Source: Octopus vulgaris
Lineage: Eukaryota
Length of the DNA: 64,000 nt
Direction: 5' to 3'
Assembly: GCA_951406725.2 (NCBI GenBank)
Contig: OX597834.1
Coordinates: 25,296,001-25,360,000 of the forward strand
Both the position numbers and the translations under genes were made by a program. Under the pieces are notes generated by a model. That model was not told where the DNA came from, did not search any database, and saw only the letters and a program-made list of their open reading frames with translations. This document shows, in pieces, positions 29,773-42,546 of the stretch (its first letter is position 1; the number at the start of each line of letters is the position of its first letter).

Positions 29773-29920
29773 TTCTAAAATTTTCGTCGTGTCTTGCAAC
29801 CTTTTCAATAGTTTTGAATATTGAAAAGGTTGCAAGACGCAACGAAAATAAGTGGAAATTTTACCGGTGTGCTAAATTATAAGGCACTAAAAGAGAATGA
29901 TCATCCCCAGACACAACACA

Positions 29921-29962
<42 letters not shown>

Positions 29963-30006
29963 AAGCTACTTACCACATAGCCACTGATATCTATATATAA
30001 TAGATA

Positions 30007-30308
30007 GGCGCAGGAGTGGCTGTGTAGTAAGTAACTTCATCACCAACTGCATGGTTCCGCGTTCAGTCCCACTGCGTGGCACCTTGGGCAAGTGTCTTCT
30101 ACTATAGCCTCAGGCCGACCAAATCTTTCAGAGTGGATATGGTAGATGAAAACTGAAAGAAGCCTGTCGTGTGTGTGTATGTGCGTGTGTGCGCGCGCGC
30201 GCGTGTGCGTGCGTGCGTGTGTGTTTGCGTGTCTGTGTTTGTCCCCCCAACATCGCTTGACAACCGATGCTGGTGTATTTCCGTCCCCGTAACTTAGCGG
30301 TTCGAAAA
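30007..30308 (+). mobile_element. SINE family A, 3' truncated
   Basis: GGCGCAGGAGTGGCTGTGTAGTAAG head through AACTTAGCGGTTCG. Confidence 0.8.
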
Positions 30309-30458
30309 AATTGAACGAGAGACAATTTATATATATATATGTACGTATCTAAAAAAATTTTTTATATATATACATATATATATATATACATGTGCGTGTT
30401 GGATCGTTAGCCCCTACACGCAAATTTTTTTTTTCTCTCCTTGTTTCTTTTCTGTGTA

Positions 30459-30496
30459 TCTTTCTGTCGAAGAGCGTAGGCTCGAAACGTAAAAGA
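30459..30496 (+). ncRNA. Minimal type I hammerhead-like motif with variant core (CUGUCGA) in a probable Penelope-derived repeat
   Basis: TCTTT-CTGTCGA-A-GAGC(GTAG)GCTC-GAAAC-GT-A-AAAGA. Stem I is TCTTT/AAAGA, stem II is GAGC/GCTC, and stem III is a loopless palindromic AC/GT with a GUA site. Confidence 0.5.
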
Positions 30497-30591
30497 CTTG
30501 TTTTATTTCTATTCCTGAGCGCCATACTAATACATTATTTGTTTGTGGTCCACCTGCCTTCGTCTTTTGTTTATTTTCGTAAACCTCCCTG

Positions 30592-30647
<56 letters not shown>

Positions 30648-30765
30648 CCGTTATCACCGTGACTCACCAGGCTATCATATGTTGCTAAATATCGCTGGTC
30701 ACAATGCGCTTCGCATTGTTTTAGCCTTCAAATGACGCTATCCCGCTGGTTAAGCGAGCAGGCCA

Positions 30766-30851
<86 letters not shown>

Positions 30852-30939
30852 GGTAATGTTTCAATATTTATTGGTCAAAATATTCATATTACAATGTGGA
30901 TACAGCTGGATATTTTACAGTATTGATAATGTTGATATA

Positions 30940-31916
30940 CAAAACCCTGAAACAATACAAAACCCTGAAAATATTGCGCATCTGCAACAGGAGTTGGATA
31001 AAATATACAGGTGGGCGGAGGACAACAACATGCAGTTTAATGCAGGTAAGTTTCCAGGCCCTGCGCTACCGGCACACAAAGGTAAACGACGTGCAGACTG
31101 GATACACTGGCCCAGGAAGAATTGCAATCCCTGAGTCAAAGTCAGTGCGTGACCTAGGCATTGACATGAGCAATGATGCATCTTTCCAAGTGCATATTAC
31201 TAATCTGGTGATAAAATGCAGACGGCTAGCTGGATGGATTCTCCGAAATTTCAGAACAAGAGAGGAGACACTGATGGTCCTCAGGAAAACATTCGTCCTC
31301 AGCCGCTTGGACTACTGCTCCCAACTATGGTCACCACACAATATAAAACTAACAGCAGAACTCGAAGCAATTCAGAGAAGCTACTCAAAGAAGATCGTCT
31401 CAATGCAAAATATCAGCTACTGGGAAAGACTGAAAGTATTAAACCTCTTCTCCCTAGAGCGGAGGCGGGAGAGATATGCGGTGATATACATCTGGAAAAT
31501 CCTGGAGGGTCTTGTCCCAGACTTTGGCATTCAAAGTTACCCCAACCGCAGAACGGGGCGCCACTGCATGGTGCCAAAGATTCCAACATAACCATCAAAA
31601 TACAGGACCAGATACTGCAACAGCTTGGGTTTCAGAGGACCACAGCTCTTTAACATCCTCCCTAAATGCCTGAGAGACTTACATGGTGTGGATGTGGGTT
31701 TCTTTAAAACTAAACTGGATCTCTTCTTGTCGGGAGTCCCAGATGAACCTACCTCACGACAGGAGACGCAGATGCGGGCAGCAGCATCGAACTCCCTTGT
31801 TGATCAAGTGCCACGTATCAGAGGTGGATTCACATATTAGTGTAACTCATTCAGTGGTGGTGCCCCAGCATGGCCGCGGCCTTCGGGCTAAAACATTTTT
31901 AAGGATTTAAGGATTT
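30940..31916 (+). mobile_element. 5'-truncated CR1-group LINE: RT C-terminal region plus 3' tail (pseudogenised)
   Basis: LQQELDKIYRWAEDNNMQFNAGKF...VRDLGI...LDYCSQLWSP...LEAIQR...SYWERLKVLNLFSLERRRER, with a frameshift near 31055 and a stop at 31589-31591. Tail GGTGGTGCCCCAGCATGGCCGCGG...(TTTAAGGA)2. Confidence 0.92.
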
Positions 31917-32282
31917 ATACTTATAATGATGTCACAGCATTCGTAATGTGTTTTAAATAACGTAAATTGGTTGAAACGATGGCATGTTGATAATGTTGGC
32001 TTCTTGAGAAAATTGATAATATCTGAATTATGTTGATAATACCTAAATATTGATAATGTTGCCTTATTGATAATGTCGTGTTGATAATGCTCTCGTGTCA
32101 ATAACGTTGTCTTCCTGATAATGGTGCTATGTTGTTAATAATATTGTAATGCTGATAATGTTGAAGTCTTAATAACATTGACAATTGTTTACAATGTTCT
32201 CAATAATGTTTTGCTGATAATGTTACTTAGTTGCTGACTTGCTGCTATTTTGATTAATTGATTGATTGATTGACTGATTGAC

Positions 32283-32329
<47 letters not shown>

Positions 32330-32404
32330 CTGATTGATTGACTGATTGATTGATTGATTGATCATGCTGTCCTTGATATAGTTGATTTGCAACTTCTTTC
32401 GCAG

Positions 32405-32820
32405 TTTTATAATTTACTCTCTCTTTCTCTTTTACTCTTTTACTTGTTTCAGTCATTTGAATGCGGCCATGCTGGAGCACCGCCTTTAGTCGAGCAAATC
32501 GGCCCCAGGACTTATTCTTTGTAAGCCTAGTACTTATTCTATCGGTCTCTTTTGCCGAACAGCTAAATTACTGGGACGTATACACACCAGCACCGGTTGT
32601 CAAGCGATATGGGAGGATAAACACAGACACACAAACATATACACATATATACATATACATATATACAACGGGCTTCTTTCAGTTTCCGTCTACCAAATCC
32701 ACTCACAAGGGTTTGGTCGACCCGAGGCTATAGTAGAAGACACTTGCCCAAGGTACCCTGCAGTGGTACTGAACCCGGAATCATGTGCTTGGTAAGCAAG
32801 CTACTTACCACACAGCCACG
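32405..32820 (-). mobile_element. SINE family A (duplicate at ~44866-45266)
   Basis: Head-to-tail match to family A. Confidence 0.8.
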
Positions 32821-33147
32821 TTGCTTTACATATTTGTTGTTGATGACGATAACGACGACGATGATCATCATCATCATCATCATTGTCGTCGTCGTCGTCA
32901 TCATCATCATCATCGTCATTACCAAAATGATTAAACCAAAAGAGAGGATGGAAGAAGGAATTACAACATATGTAGACAAAAGAAATCTTTAGTGTTGTCA
33001 CTACCATCGTTGTTGTTATTGTTGTTGTGTGGGGGGGGAGAAAAGCTGTACCTGCTTTGAATAAGTTTCAATCAATTTTTTTCCAACGCCCTCCCCTTCT
33101 CCTACCTCCACTCCCCATTACGACGTCCTCCATCTTTATTTCTCTCT

Positions 33148-33179
<32 letters not shown>

Positions 33180-33358
33180 TTATTTCAGTCTTTCTTTCGT
33201 TCAGTCTATCTTTCCTCCTCTTTATATTTCCTTATTTCTCTCTGTCCTTCTTCATCGAATACTCTTCGTTGATCTGAAGCATAGAAAAAAAAAATAAACG
33301 ATACTCGGAGTAATTTTAACATAGAGAAAATAGGTGAGGGTATTTAGTGTTACGTAAT

Positions 33359-33470
<112 letters not shown>

Positions 33471-33570
33471 AGGAAGGAAGGAAGGAAGGAAGGAAGGAAG
33501 GAAGGAAGGAAGGAAGGAAGGAAGGAAAGGAGAAAGGAAAGGAGGAAGGAAGGAAATAAGAAAACAATGA

Positions 33571-33618
<48 letters not shown>

Positions 33619-33828
33619 AGGAAGGAAGGATGGAAGGAAGGAAGGAAGGAAGGAAGGAAGGAAGGAAGGAAGGAAGGAAGGAAGGAAGGAAGGAAGGAAA
33701 GAAAGAAAGAACGAAAGAAAGAACGAAAGAAAGAACGAAAGAAAGAAAGAAAGAAAGGAAGGAAGGAATGAAGGAAGGAAAGAAAGAAAGAAAGGAAGGA
33801 AGGAAGGAAGGAAGGAAGGAAGGAAGGA

Positions 33829-33876
<48 letters not shown>

Positions 33877-34142
33877 AAAAAAGAATAAACGTGCGAAAGA
33901 ATTAGGGAAAGGCGAACAGTTTTTATATAATTGTTTCATTTAATGTCGAGTGGGAGATAAGAAAGAGGTTTTGTTCTGCCCGAACAACTGAACATGGATA
34001 TGTATTGTTATCTGTACAAAATCTACATGCATGCACAGAAATACATACATGCATATATGTACGCATGTATGTATGTATGTATGTATGTATGTATGTATGT
34101 ATGTATGTATGTATGTATGTATGTATGTATATGTATGTATAG

Positions 34143-34244
<102 letters not shown>

Positions 34245-34673
34245 GTATATATATATATATATGTATATATATATGTATATATATATACATATACATATAT
34301 ATATACATACACGTATATATATGCACCAAATGTATATATATACATAAATATATACACACATATATACATAAATATATATACATAAATATATATACACACA
34401 TATAATCAGAGAAAGTATATACGATATATTCAGTAAGTAATCCACTTTAGCATACATACACACATTCATATACAAGCACACGTACATACTTAAGCATATA
34501 CATGTATATATATATAAATATATATATATACATATACACATACATGTGTATGTATGTATGTCTATATATATACACACATACATATATGCATACATACACA
34601 CGTAAATGTGTACATATGGGTGTTTGTATGTGTGTGTATATGTATATGTATGTATATATATATATATATATAT

Positions 34674-34741
<68 letters not shown>

Positions 34742-35605
34742 GCATATATATAAACATACCTATAAAGATATACGTATGTATGTATGTATGTTTGTATGTA
34801 TGTATGTATGTATGTATGTATGTATGTATGTATGTATGTACAGAAGTTGCTACGTTTATATGTACGTATATGTAGACACCATCCAGCACTACTCTGAAAG
34901 CCATGTTCACTAATTATTCCAGTTTAACAATTCCTTTCTCATTAATTAATTAATTTCTTTCATTTAATTTATTTAATTATTTTTGTATTTATTTCATTTT
35001 ATTCAATTGTGCCTTCAATTCAGGTTCGCCTTTCTTTTCTGTCCCCGTCATCATCATCACCATCATCATCTTCATCATCATCTTCATCATCACGATTATC
35101 ATCATCATCATCATCATCATCATCGTTGTCGTCATCACCAACACAATTACCATCACGACGACGACCACCACCACCACCACCACCACCATCGTCGTCGTCG
35201 TTGTCTCGATCATTTTCATTATCGTCGTCAGCACCATCATCATCATCATCATCATCAACAACATCATCATCGCCATCTTCATCATCATCATCAACAACAG
35301 CAGTACAAACTGACTTATGGATGTGACCTAATTTTGTGGTGCAATCATTTCTTCGGCAGCGTTTTGTTGTCCTCCTGTTGAAGGAGAAGGAGAATCTGTG
35401 ATGAATATGCATGTCCCATTGTTACTGCTTGAGGTGTTGAACTTAAGACAACGAACCGACGGACAGTGAGGCGCCGTTGTGAAGTCTAAAATTCTCCTTT
35501 GCAACATACAACCACACACATACACTCGACACACACACACACACACACACTCACTCACTGACACACACACACACACACACACACACTCACTCACTGACAC
35601 ACACA

Positions 35606-35664
<59 letters not shown>

Positions 35665-35755
35665 GCACACACAGACACTCACATACATATATGCTTACAT
35701 ATTCCAATAGATGTTATTAAAGAGTCCCGATTATGACGTGTATATATGTGTGTGT

Positions 35756-35873
<118 letters not shown>

Positions 35874-36017
35874 CCTTTGCCCATATAATACAGTAAATGA
35901 ATTGATTGCATCGCAATCCTTAACATTTATGTATTAACTTTGTTGGGTACTTCACTAGCAGTATATTGGATATATGTTATTCCATGGAGGGTTGCATTTA
36001 CAACCCCTATCTCAATT

Positions 36018-36066
<49 letters not shown>

Positions 36067-36251
36067 CAAAGTAAGATAGGGGTTATGAGGGTAACCCACA
36101 ATGGGATATCATTTATCCAACATACTACTGGTGTTTTGTTCGATTTTCATGTTCCTACTTATATAATTAATAAATAATATGAAATGGTAATATCTGTAAG
36201 TTGATGTTCGAAATGAATTTGTTCCTCCATTTTCTTATTTGCGTGTATATA

Positions 36252-36316
<65 letters not shown>

Positions 36317-36532
36317 TGATAAATAATTATCAGCTCAAAGGGTCTAAGAGTAGGAAGTTTTTACGCTTCGAGTAGTCTGTGGTAAGTCTAAATTATATCT
36401 TGAGTGCGTTAACTTGAGATTCCTTAAAGACTCCGCCTGGTACTCCTTGTCCAGTAATAATTAAATCAGAGTATCTGCAAGCGAGGAAACATATGTAGCC
36501 TGGATTTTATCTGCTCCACTCCCTCAATTTGG

Positions 36533-36585
<53 letters not shown>

Positions 36586-36590
<5 letters not shown>

Positions 36591-36912
36591 AAGACTCCCT
36601 TCGGTCATGAATAACCATGCGATTGCACCTAGAAAGTTACCTTCCAAGGTACACAAGTCCCGTCAAGGTTGTTTATGGGAGACCAGCAGTCGCCCATGCA
36701 TACCAGCATCCTATCTCCACGCCACCGGAAAGGCAGAGGTCGATACAGCTCCGCACCAGTCACGTCACAACTCATTTCTACACCTGAGTGAACTGGTGCA
36801 ACATGAAATAACGTGTCTTGCACAAGAACACAACACACAGCCCGGTCCGACAATCGAACTCATTACCTCATGATTGTGAACCCGACGCTCTAACCACTGA
36901 GCCATGTGCCTT
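36586..36912 (-). mobile_element. tRNA-derived SINE (family D); duplicate at ~49123-49450
   Basis: Minus-strand head GGCACATGGCTCAGTGGTTAGAGCGTCGGG...GAGTTCGATT and tail CATGACCGAAGGGAGTCTTTACCC. A second family member lies at 42231-42546. Confidence 0.75.
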
Positions 36913-36965
36913 CTTTTGGGCATATATATATATATATATGTTTTTTTGTGCTTTCTTGTTTGGAT

Positions 36966-37034
<69 letters not shown>

Positions 37035-37199
37035 TTATACACATATATATATACATATATACACATATATATACATATATACGTATACATATATACATAT
37101 ATATACATATATATACATATATATACATACATATATATGTGTATGTATGTGTGTTTGGCCATACATACATATATATATACCTCAGCATGGCCACGAGCT

Positions 37200-37640
37200 G
37201 TGGCACTGCCATTTGGTGTTGCTGCATAATTTTTACTTCACTACTTCCTTTTACAACTTGACATTTGGTGCATGGGTGGGGGGGGGGGGGCTGACGCCGC
37301 TGCTTTCATTTGCACTTCTTGCTATGAAGTTGGTTCATCTGGGACTCTTGACAGTAAGAGATCTAGTTTTGTTTTGAAGACATCTACATCCACGCCTTCG
37401 GGAGGATATTGAAGAGCTGTGGGCCGTTAAAGCCCATGCTATTGTAATATCTTGTCCTATAATTTGATGGCAAAGTGGGAGTCTTTGGAACTATGCATTG
37501 GCATCGTGTTCTAGCGTTGGTGTAACTCTCAATGCTAATGTTCTTGATGTATAAAACTGCATATCTTTCCTGCATACGCTCCAGGGAATAGAGTCTTAAT
37601 CTCTTGAGTCTTTCCCAGTAGCTTATATGCTGCATAGAGG
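37200..37640 (-). mobile_element. CR1-group LINE 3' fragment (duplicate at ~49717-50157)
   Basis: MQHISYWERLKRLRLYSLERMQERYAV...YRTRYYNSMGFNGPQLFNILPK, homologous to 30940-31916. Confidence 0.85.
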
Positions 37641-37865
37641 CTATCTTCGTGTACTTTCATATACATACGTATACATACATACACATATGGATATACATAT
37701 ACATACATATACACAAACATAAATATACGTATACTCACAAAAATTAACATACATGCACGCACAAATAAAAAAAACAGGTATATAATCAAATATCTGCATA
37801 TACACATACGTACACAAATATGCATGTGTGTATGTAAAAATGCATTCACTTATATAAATATAATT

Positions 37866-38373
37866 TTTTTGCACTGACGAGAATGGTAATACATAACTAA
37901 TTTAATTATCACTAGCAGTATCGCCCGGCGTTGCTCGGGTTTGTAAGGGAAATAACTATATAAGCATTTTTAGAGAGTTATAGCAAAAAAATAGCAAAAA
38001 AATGCATTAAAAATGGAAAAAAAATGATGGTAATTTTTTTTTTTAAATCGTTGACTCATCGTAGACATTTTTAGAGACTTACTTCCCTTATACAATAGCG
38101 AAAAAAATGCATTTAAATGGAAAAAAATGATGGTAAATTATTTTTAAAATCGTAGACTCATCGTAGACGCGCGCTAATACCCAGAAGGGCTCGATATGAA
38201 TCACGACTATAAGATACCCGGTTTTGGTTAAACTGCACCGCAAAATGTGGGAGTAGTTAGGAATCTAAATCGTAGGAGACAGACACACAACTTGACTTTT
38301 ATTTATAAAGATTATAATTAATATCTTTTTCTTACATATTGGTATTATTATTCGAAACGGTCGTATGTGAAAA
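37866..38373 (+). ncRNA. Type I hammerhead ribozyme (Penelope-type) interrupted in loop II by a Helitron
   Basis: Stem I TTTTTGCA/TGTGAAAA; CTGACGA at 37874-37880; 12-bp stem II GAATGGTAATAC (37881-37892)/GTATTATTATTC (38342-38353); GAAAC-GGTC-GTA with predicted cleavage after A38365. Confidence 0.7.
37912..38311 (-). mobile_element. Non-autonomous Helitron (400 bp)
   Basis: Minus strand begins A|TCTTTATAAATAAAAG and ends with hairpin CCCGAGCAACGCCGGG + CGATACTGCTAG|T. This gives TC...CTAG termini inserted between A and T, with no TSD. Confidence 0.85.
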
Positions 38374-38550
38374 TTGTAAAACTATGAGATAAATTTAAAC
38401 CGAAAACCTGTTTCTGATAGCGGTTCAGTCAATCCGACAAACCAGGGAGTAGTCCGTTTTATATGAGTTCTGACTGATAGAGCGGAAATTGTGAAGCTTC
38501 TTGTCTTCGTAGTTTAGACTCACATAATAGTAATTTTACAGCAATAATAT

Positions 38551-38754
38551 CTGAAAAAGAAGTAATTTCTACTCTTCTCCTCTGGAAGCCATCTACTCGC
38601 AATACCAGAGGGCGCACACTCTCCTACCCTGATGTAATCTTCAGGGATACAGGCATCCAGCAACAGGACCTCCATAATGCCATGATGGACCGTGAAGTCT
38701 GGCGTAGCATGGTAAATTCCATTGTCTCGACCACGGTCGACCAATGATGATGAT
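38551..38754 (+). mobile_element. RTE-like LINE 3' end with (TGA)n tail (duplicate at ~51067-51270)
   Basis: EKEVISTLLLWKPSTRNTRGRTLSYPDVIFRDTGIQQQDLHNAMMDREVWRSMVNSIVSTTVDQ* followed by TGATGATGAT. Confidence 0.75.
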
Positions 38755-38799
38755 ATGTTTACACAGGGACAAGGGGCTAACCCTCTCGTAGCATTCTGA

Positions 38800-39720
38800 T
38801 CACCTTTAATTAGAAAATTTTGGGAAAAAAAGCTAATAAATTCCTTTTAAGCATGTTAATCTGCGATTTATATTTACTACGAGAGGCGTTGTCTAGTTTT
38901 ATATGTAGCCTAAAACTCTGAGATGATTTAATTCCTGTCTGACCATGAATGAATCTAGTGCATATCACATCAGTATTAAAAGGAATTCTAAGCATCATCC
39001 CCAACCCACACCTTGACAATGTTGAAAAGTATTGTATACAGTATCCGTATAAGTATATTTGGTTTATCAATAGATAAAAGAATGGTTGATAAAGCAGCCT
39101 TACTAATATAATGTGCCGGAGAAAATGGATTTATAAAGCTGCATTTATATTCCAAAATCTTACACAAAGACGTTAAAATATAATTTTCTTTATTTCCGTC
39201 CACTTTCTCGTTAAACACTAAATCTAATATTTAGTTCTTATAGATAAACATTTTGATATGAACCGAACATTATTTAAGAGAAATAATCTTAAGATTAGTT
39301 TCAGTTGCACTCTCAATTTTCAGAACATTTTATCAAATAAATCTAATAATTCTACTACAAGGGTAAGCAACACTATCTGTAATTGTCGAAATAGAGACTT
39401 AAGCTGCCTTGACAAATATTGCCAGAATGATTTACTAAACTATGGAGAAAACTTGATTTAAAATTCCCGGAATAAAATTAGAACTAAATTTTAAGAAATG
39501 CTGATTTAATCATATTTCATTTCACCGTAAATAAGTCAACATTTCATTGTTTGCTTCTAGTTATAAATGGAAGTTGAAAGGTAATTGTGTCAAGTTAAAC
39601 TTGGAAAATCCTCGTCTGTTGTAAACAGATACACGTTTAAAAAGTTGAAACTTCTTTATTACGCGGAGGATTTCTCATATTCAGAATTAATGTAAATAGA
39701 TAACTTCTTGAATGAAAGCT
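38800..39720 (+). mobile_element. Decayed Penelope-like element (RT thumb, linker, GIY-YIG region); duplicate at ~51316-52236
   Basis: Fragments SKHHP...KSIVYSIRISIFGLS...DKAA, FSLNTKSNI...LIDKHF...FKRNNLKISFSCTLN...CNCRN, FKK.*FNHISF...SYKWKLK. These are typical of Neptune/Naiad-type PLE ORFs. Confidence 0.75.
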
Positions 39721-41049
39721 TAGAAGTTTCTACAAAGAGTAGAAGGGGAAAACACACACACGCAAAGATACATACAGACACACGCACACACTCACACAAA
39801 TATGTATGTATATATATATATAATATATATACACGACGGGCTTCTTTCGGTTTCCGTCCTCCAAATCCACTCACAAGGCTTTGGCCGACCTGAGACTATA
39901 GTAAACGACACTTGCCCAAGGTGCCACGCAGTGGACAGAACTCGGAATCATGTGGTTGTGAAGCAAGCTTCTTACAACGCAGCCACACCCATATATATAT
40001 AAGCAGAGGGGGAGAGGGAGGAAGAAGCAGAGATGGTCGTAGAGGCAGAGGAGGAGGAAGAGGAGGGAGAGGAGGAGGAAGCAGAGGGGAGGAAGAAACA
40101 GAGATGGTGGAGAAGAAGAAGAAGAAGAAGAAGAAGAAGAAGAAGAAGAAGAAGAAGAAGAAGAAGAAGAAGAAGAAGAAGAAGAAGAAGAAGAAGAAGA
40201 AGAAGAAGAAGAAGAAGAAGATTTTTTAAGCATAATGCATTTTAACGAAGTGTTAGCGCTAAGCAGTGTTTAGGCATGAGCAGAATTAAAGTTAGTTGAA
40301 ATATGATTGTTGTATATTTCAGTTGCTAAAAGGCAAATACACTGCAGTTACCATGGAGAATATATCTTTCTTATGGTGAAAAGGCGTGAAAACACCTGAT
40401 TCGTTCAGTGTTACCATCTGTCAGGAATCCCAGACATCGACGTTCCAGACTCCTTGGCTCTTGTCGGTGAGATATACCAAAGAGAGGCAACTCTGAACGA
40501 ACTTATAAAGCCATAGCTTTATGTATGATTCAGTCAATACGTTGACTGATTTGCATTAGTAGATCGCCCGATCGAGGAAAATAACGAAGTGTTAGCGTTA
40601 GGCAGTGTTCAGGCATGAGCAGAATATATGAGCGGGTATAGAAGCTATTATGTGGATAAACAAATTAGACAAATTAAATATATTAAGCATGGGAAAATGC
40701 GATCATTATAAACCCGGAAAAATACAGAACAAGTTCTTACACTTGGAAAAGTTCAGGACAACTCATTACATGTGGTAAAGTACAGAACAAGAAAATTTTT
40801 ATTTAAAATATTGCAGCTGAGGAGAAAATTTCAAATAAAATATTTAGATTTAGAAAATATTAGCTGTTAAAATGTTAACAGTTTCGAATTTGGTTGAGAA
40901 CTGAATTAGTGACAAAGCTCTGAAGAAGCTGCGTGTGAGTAAATTGCGGCCTTAAGAATATTATTCAACTACTACCGTAGTTGAATGATATATTGAATAT
41001 ATTAAATATAATAGTTTGGGTATTAAATAGAAAATATGTATGTATGTGA

Positions 41050-41354
41050 TCACGTGATCACGTGACCGACCAGACCATCAGATGTAGTTACACATCGCTG
41101 GTCACAATGCGTTCGCATTGTTTTAGCCTTCGAATGACGCCACCCCGCTGGCTAAGCGAGCAGGCCGACAGAAGAAAGAGGTGGAGAAAGAGTGGTGAAA
41201 GAGTACAGCAGGGATCACCACCCCCCTGCCGGAGCGTCATGGAGCTTTTAGGTGTTTTCGCTCAATAAACACACACAACTCCCGGTCTGGGAATCGAAAC
41301 CGCGATCCTGCGACCGCGAGTCCGCTGCTCTAACCACTAGGCCATTGCGCCTCC
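41050..41354 (-). mobile_element. SINE family C head with alternative 3' body (duplicate at ~53650-53954)
   Basis: Head matches 2216-2360. The 3' body matches the fragment at 30645-30765. Confidence 0.7.
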
Positions 41355-41370
41355 TATGTATGTATGTATA

Positions 41371-42012
41371 CATGCAAAACGAGAGAAAGCAAAAAGTGGA
41401 GACTTTCAAATAATGAATTTTTAAGTATAAATATATAAATATTAATAGGTCCAACTTACAGAGTACAAACGACACAGGAAATTAAAGGGGTGGAAGAAAG
41501 GTGTTATAAATCCAACAACTGTTTATGCGGGATCGGAGATCCATAATAATGTTGGTAGATGTGGTTAATCACAATATGTAGCCGTATAGAAGCAATTAAC
41601 ATTGGATAAGACGAGCCTCCGTCATCAGGGTAGGGAAGATTTTACGTTTCAAATCTTAATGCAGAGAAATTAAAGATGTAATGATTAAATATGGAGAGTT
41701 AGCTGTATTAGAGGGGGAGAAATAGGAAGGTCGGTGGGGTTTGGGGAGGGGGTATTAAGACAGGGTATGATGAGAAGAGAAAAATAGTTCAGGAAGAGTG
41801 AAGGATTAATAATGAGGGTACTAAGGTAGGTAGTAGCTGAGGTGGATAGTTGGTAAATGAATAGGAGGGTAGTGTAGATAGTATTTGAATGGTAGTCGGT
41901 TGTGTAGGGTTTGTCAAAGTTTAGGCATAATAGCTATAGAATTATCTATATATTTATACACATATAAATTCATTATCTAAAAGTCTCCACCTTTTGCTTA
42001 CTCTGGTTTTGC

Positions 42013-42015
<3 letters not shown>
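41371..42015. mobile_element. ~645-bp element bounded by ~50-75 bp imperfect inverted repeats (duplicate at 53972-54616)
   Basis: CATGCAAAACGAGAGAAAGCAAAAAGTGGAGACTTTCAAATAATGAATTT versus the reverse complement of the right end CATGCAAAACCAGAGTAAGCAAAAGGTGGAGACTTTTAGATAATGAATTT. Confidence 0.75.
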
Positions 42016-42072
<57 letters not shown>

Positions 42073-42138
42073 CATACCCAAACTATTAAACTATTATATA
42101 TATTATATTTATGTGTCTAATTTGTTTATCCGCATAAT

Positions 42139-42230
<92 letters not shown>

Positions 42231-42234
<4 letters not shown>

Positions 42235-42546
42235 CTCCCTTCGGTCATGAATGACCATGGGTTTGCACCTAGAAAGTTACTCTCCGAGGCACAATCCGGG
42301 CAAGATTGTTCATGGAAGACCAACAGCCTCCCCTTTCCATGCCACCGATCTTATCCAAGGAAAAGGCAAAAGCCGATACACCGTGGCACCAGTGACGGCG
42401 CAACTCATTTCTACAGCTGAGTGAACTGGTTGGAGCAACGTGAAATAAATTGTCTTGCTGAAGAACACAACACACAACCTGACCGTGAATCGAACTCACT
42501 GCCCCGCGATTATGAACCCGACACTCTAACCACTGAGCCATGCACC
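42231..42546 (-). mobile_element. SINE family D (duplicate at ~54834-55149)
   Basis: Homologous to 36586-36912. Confidence 0.75.
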
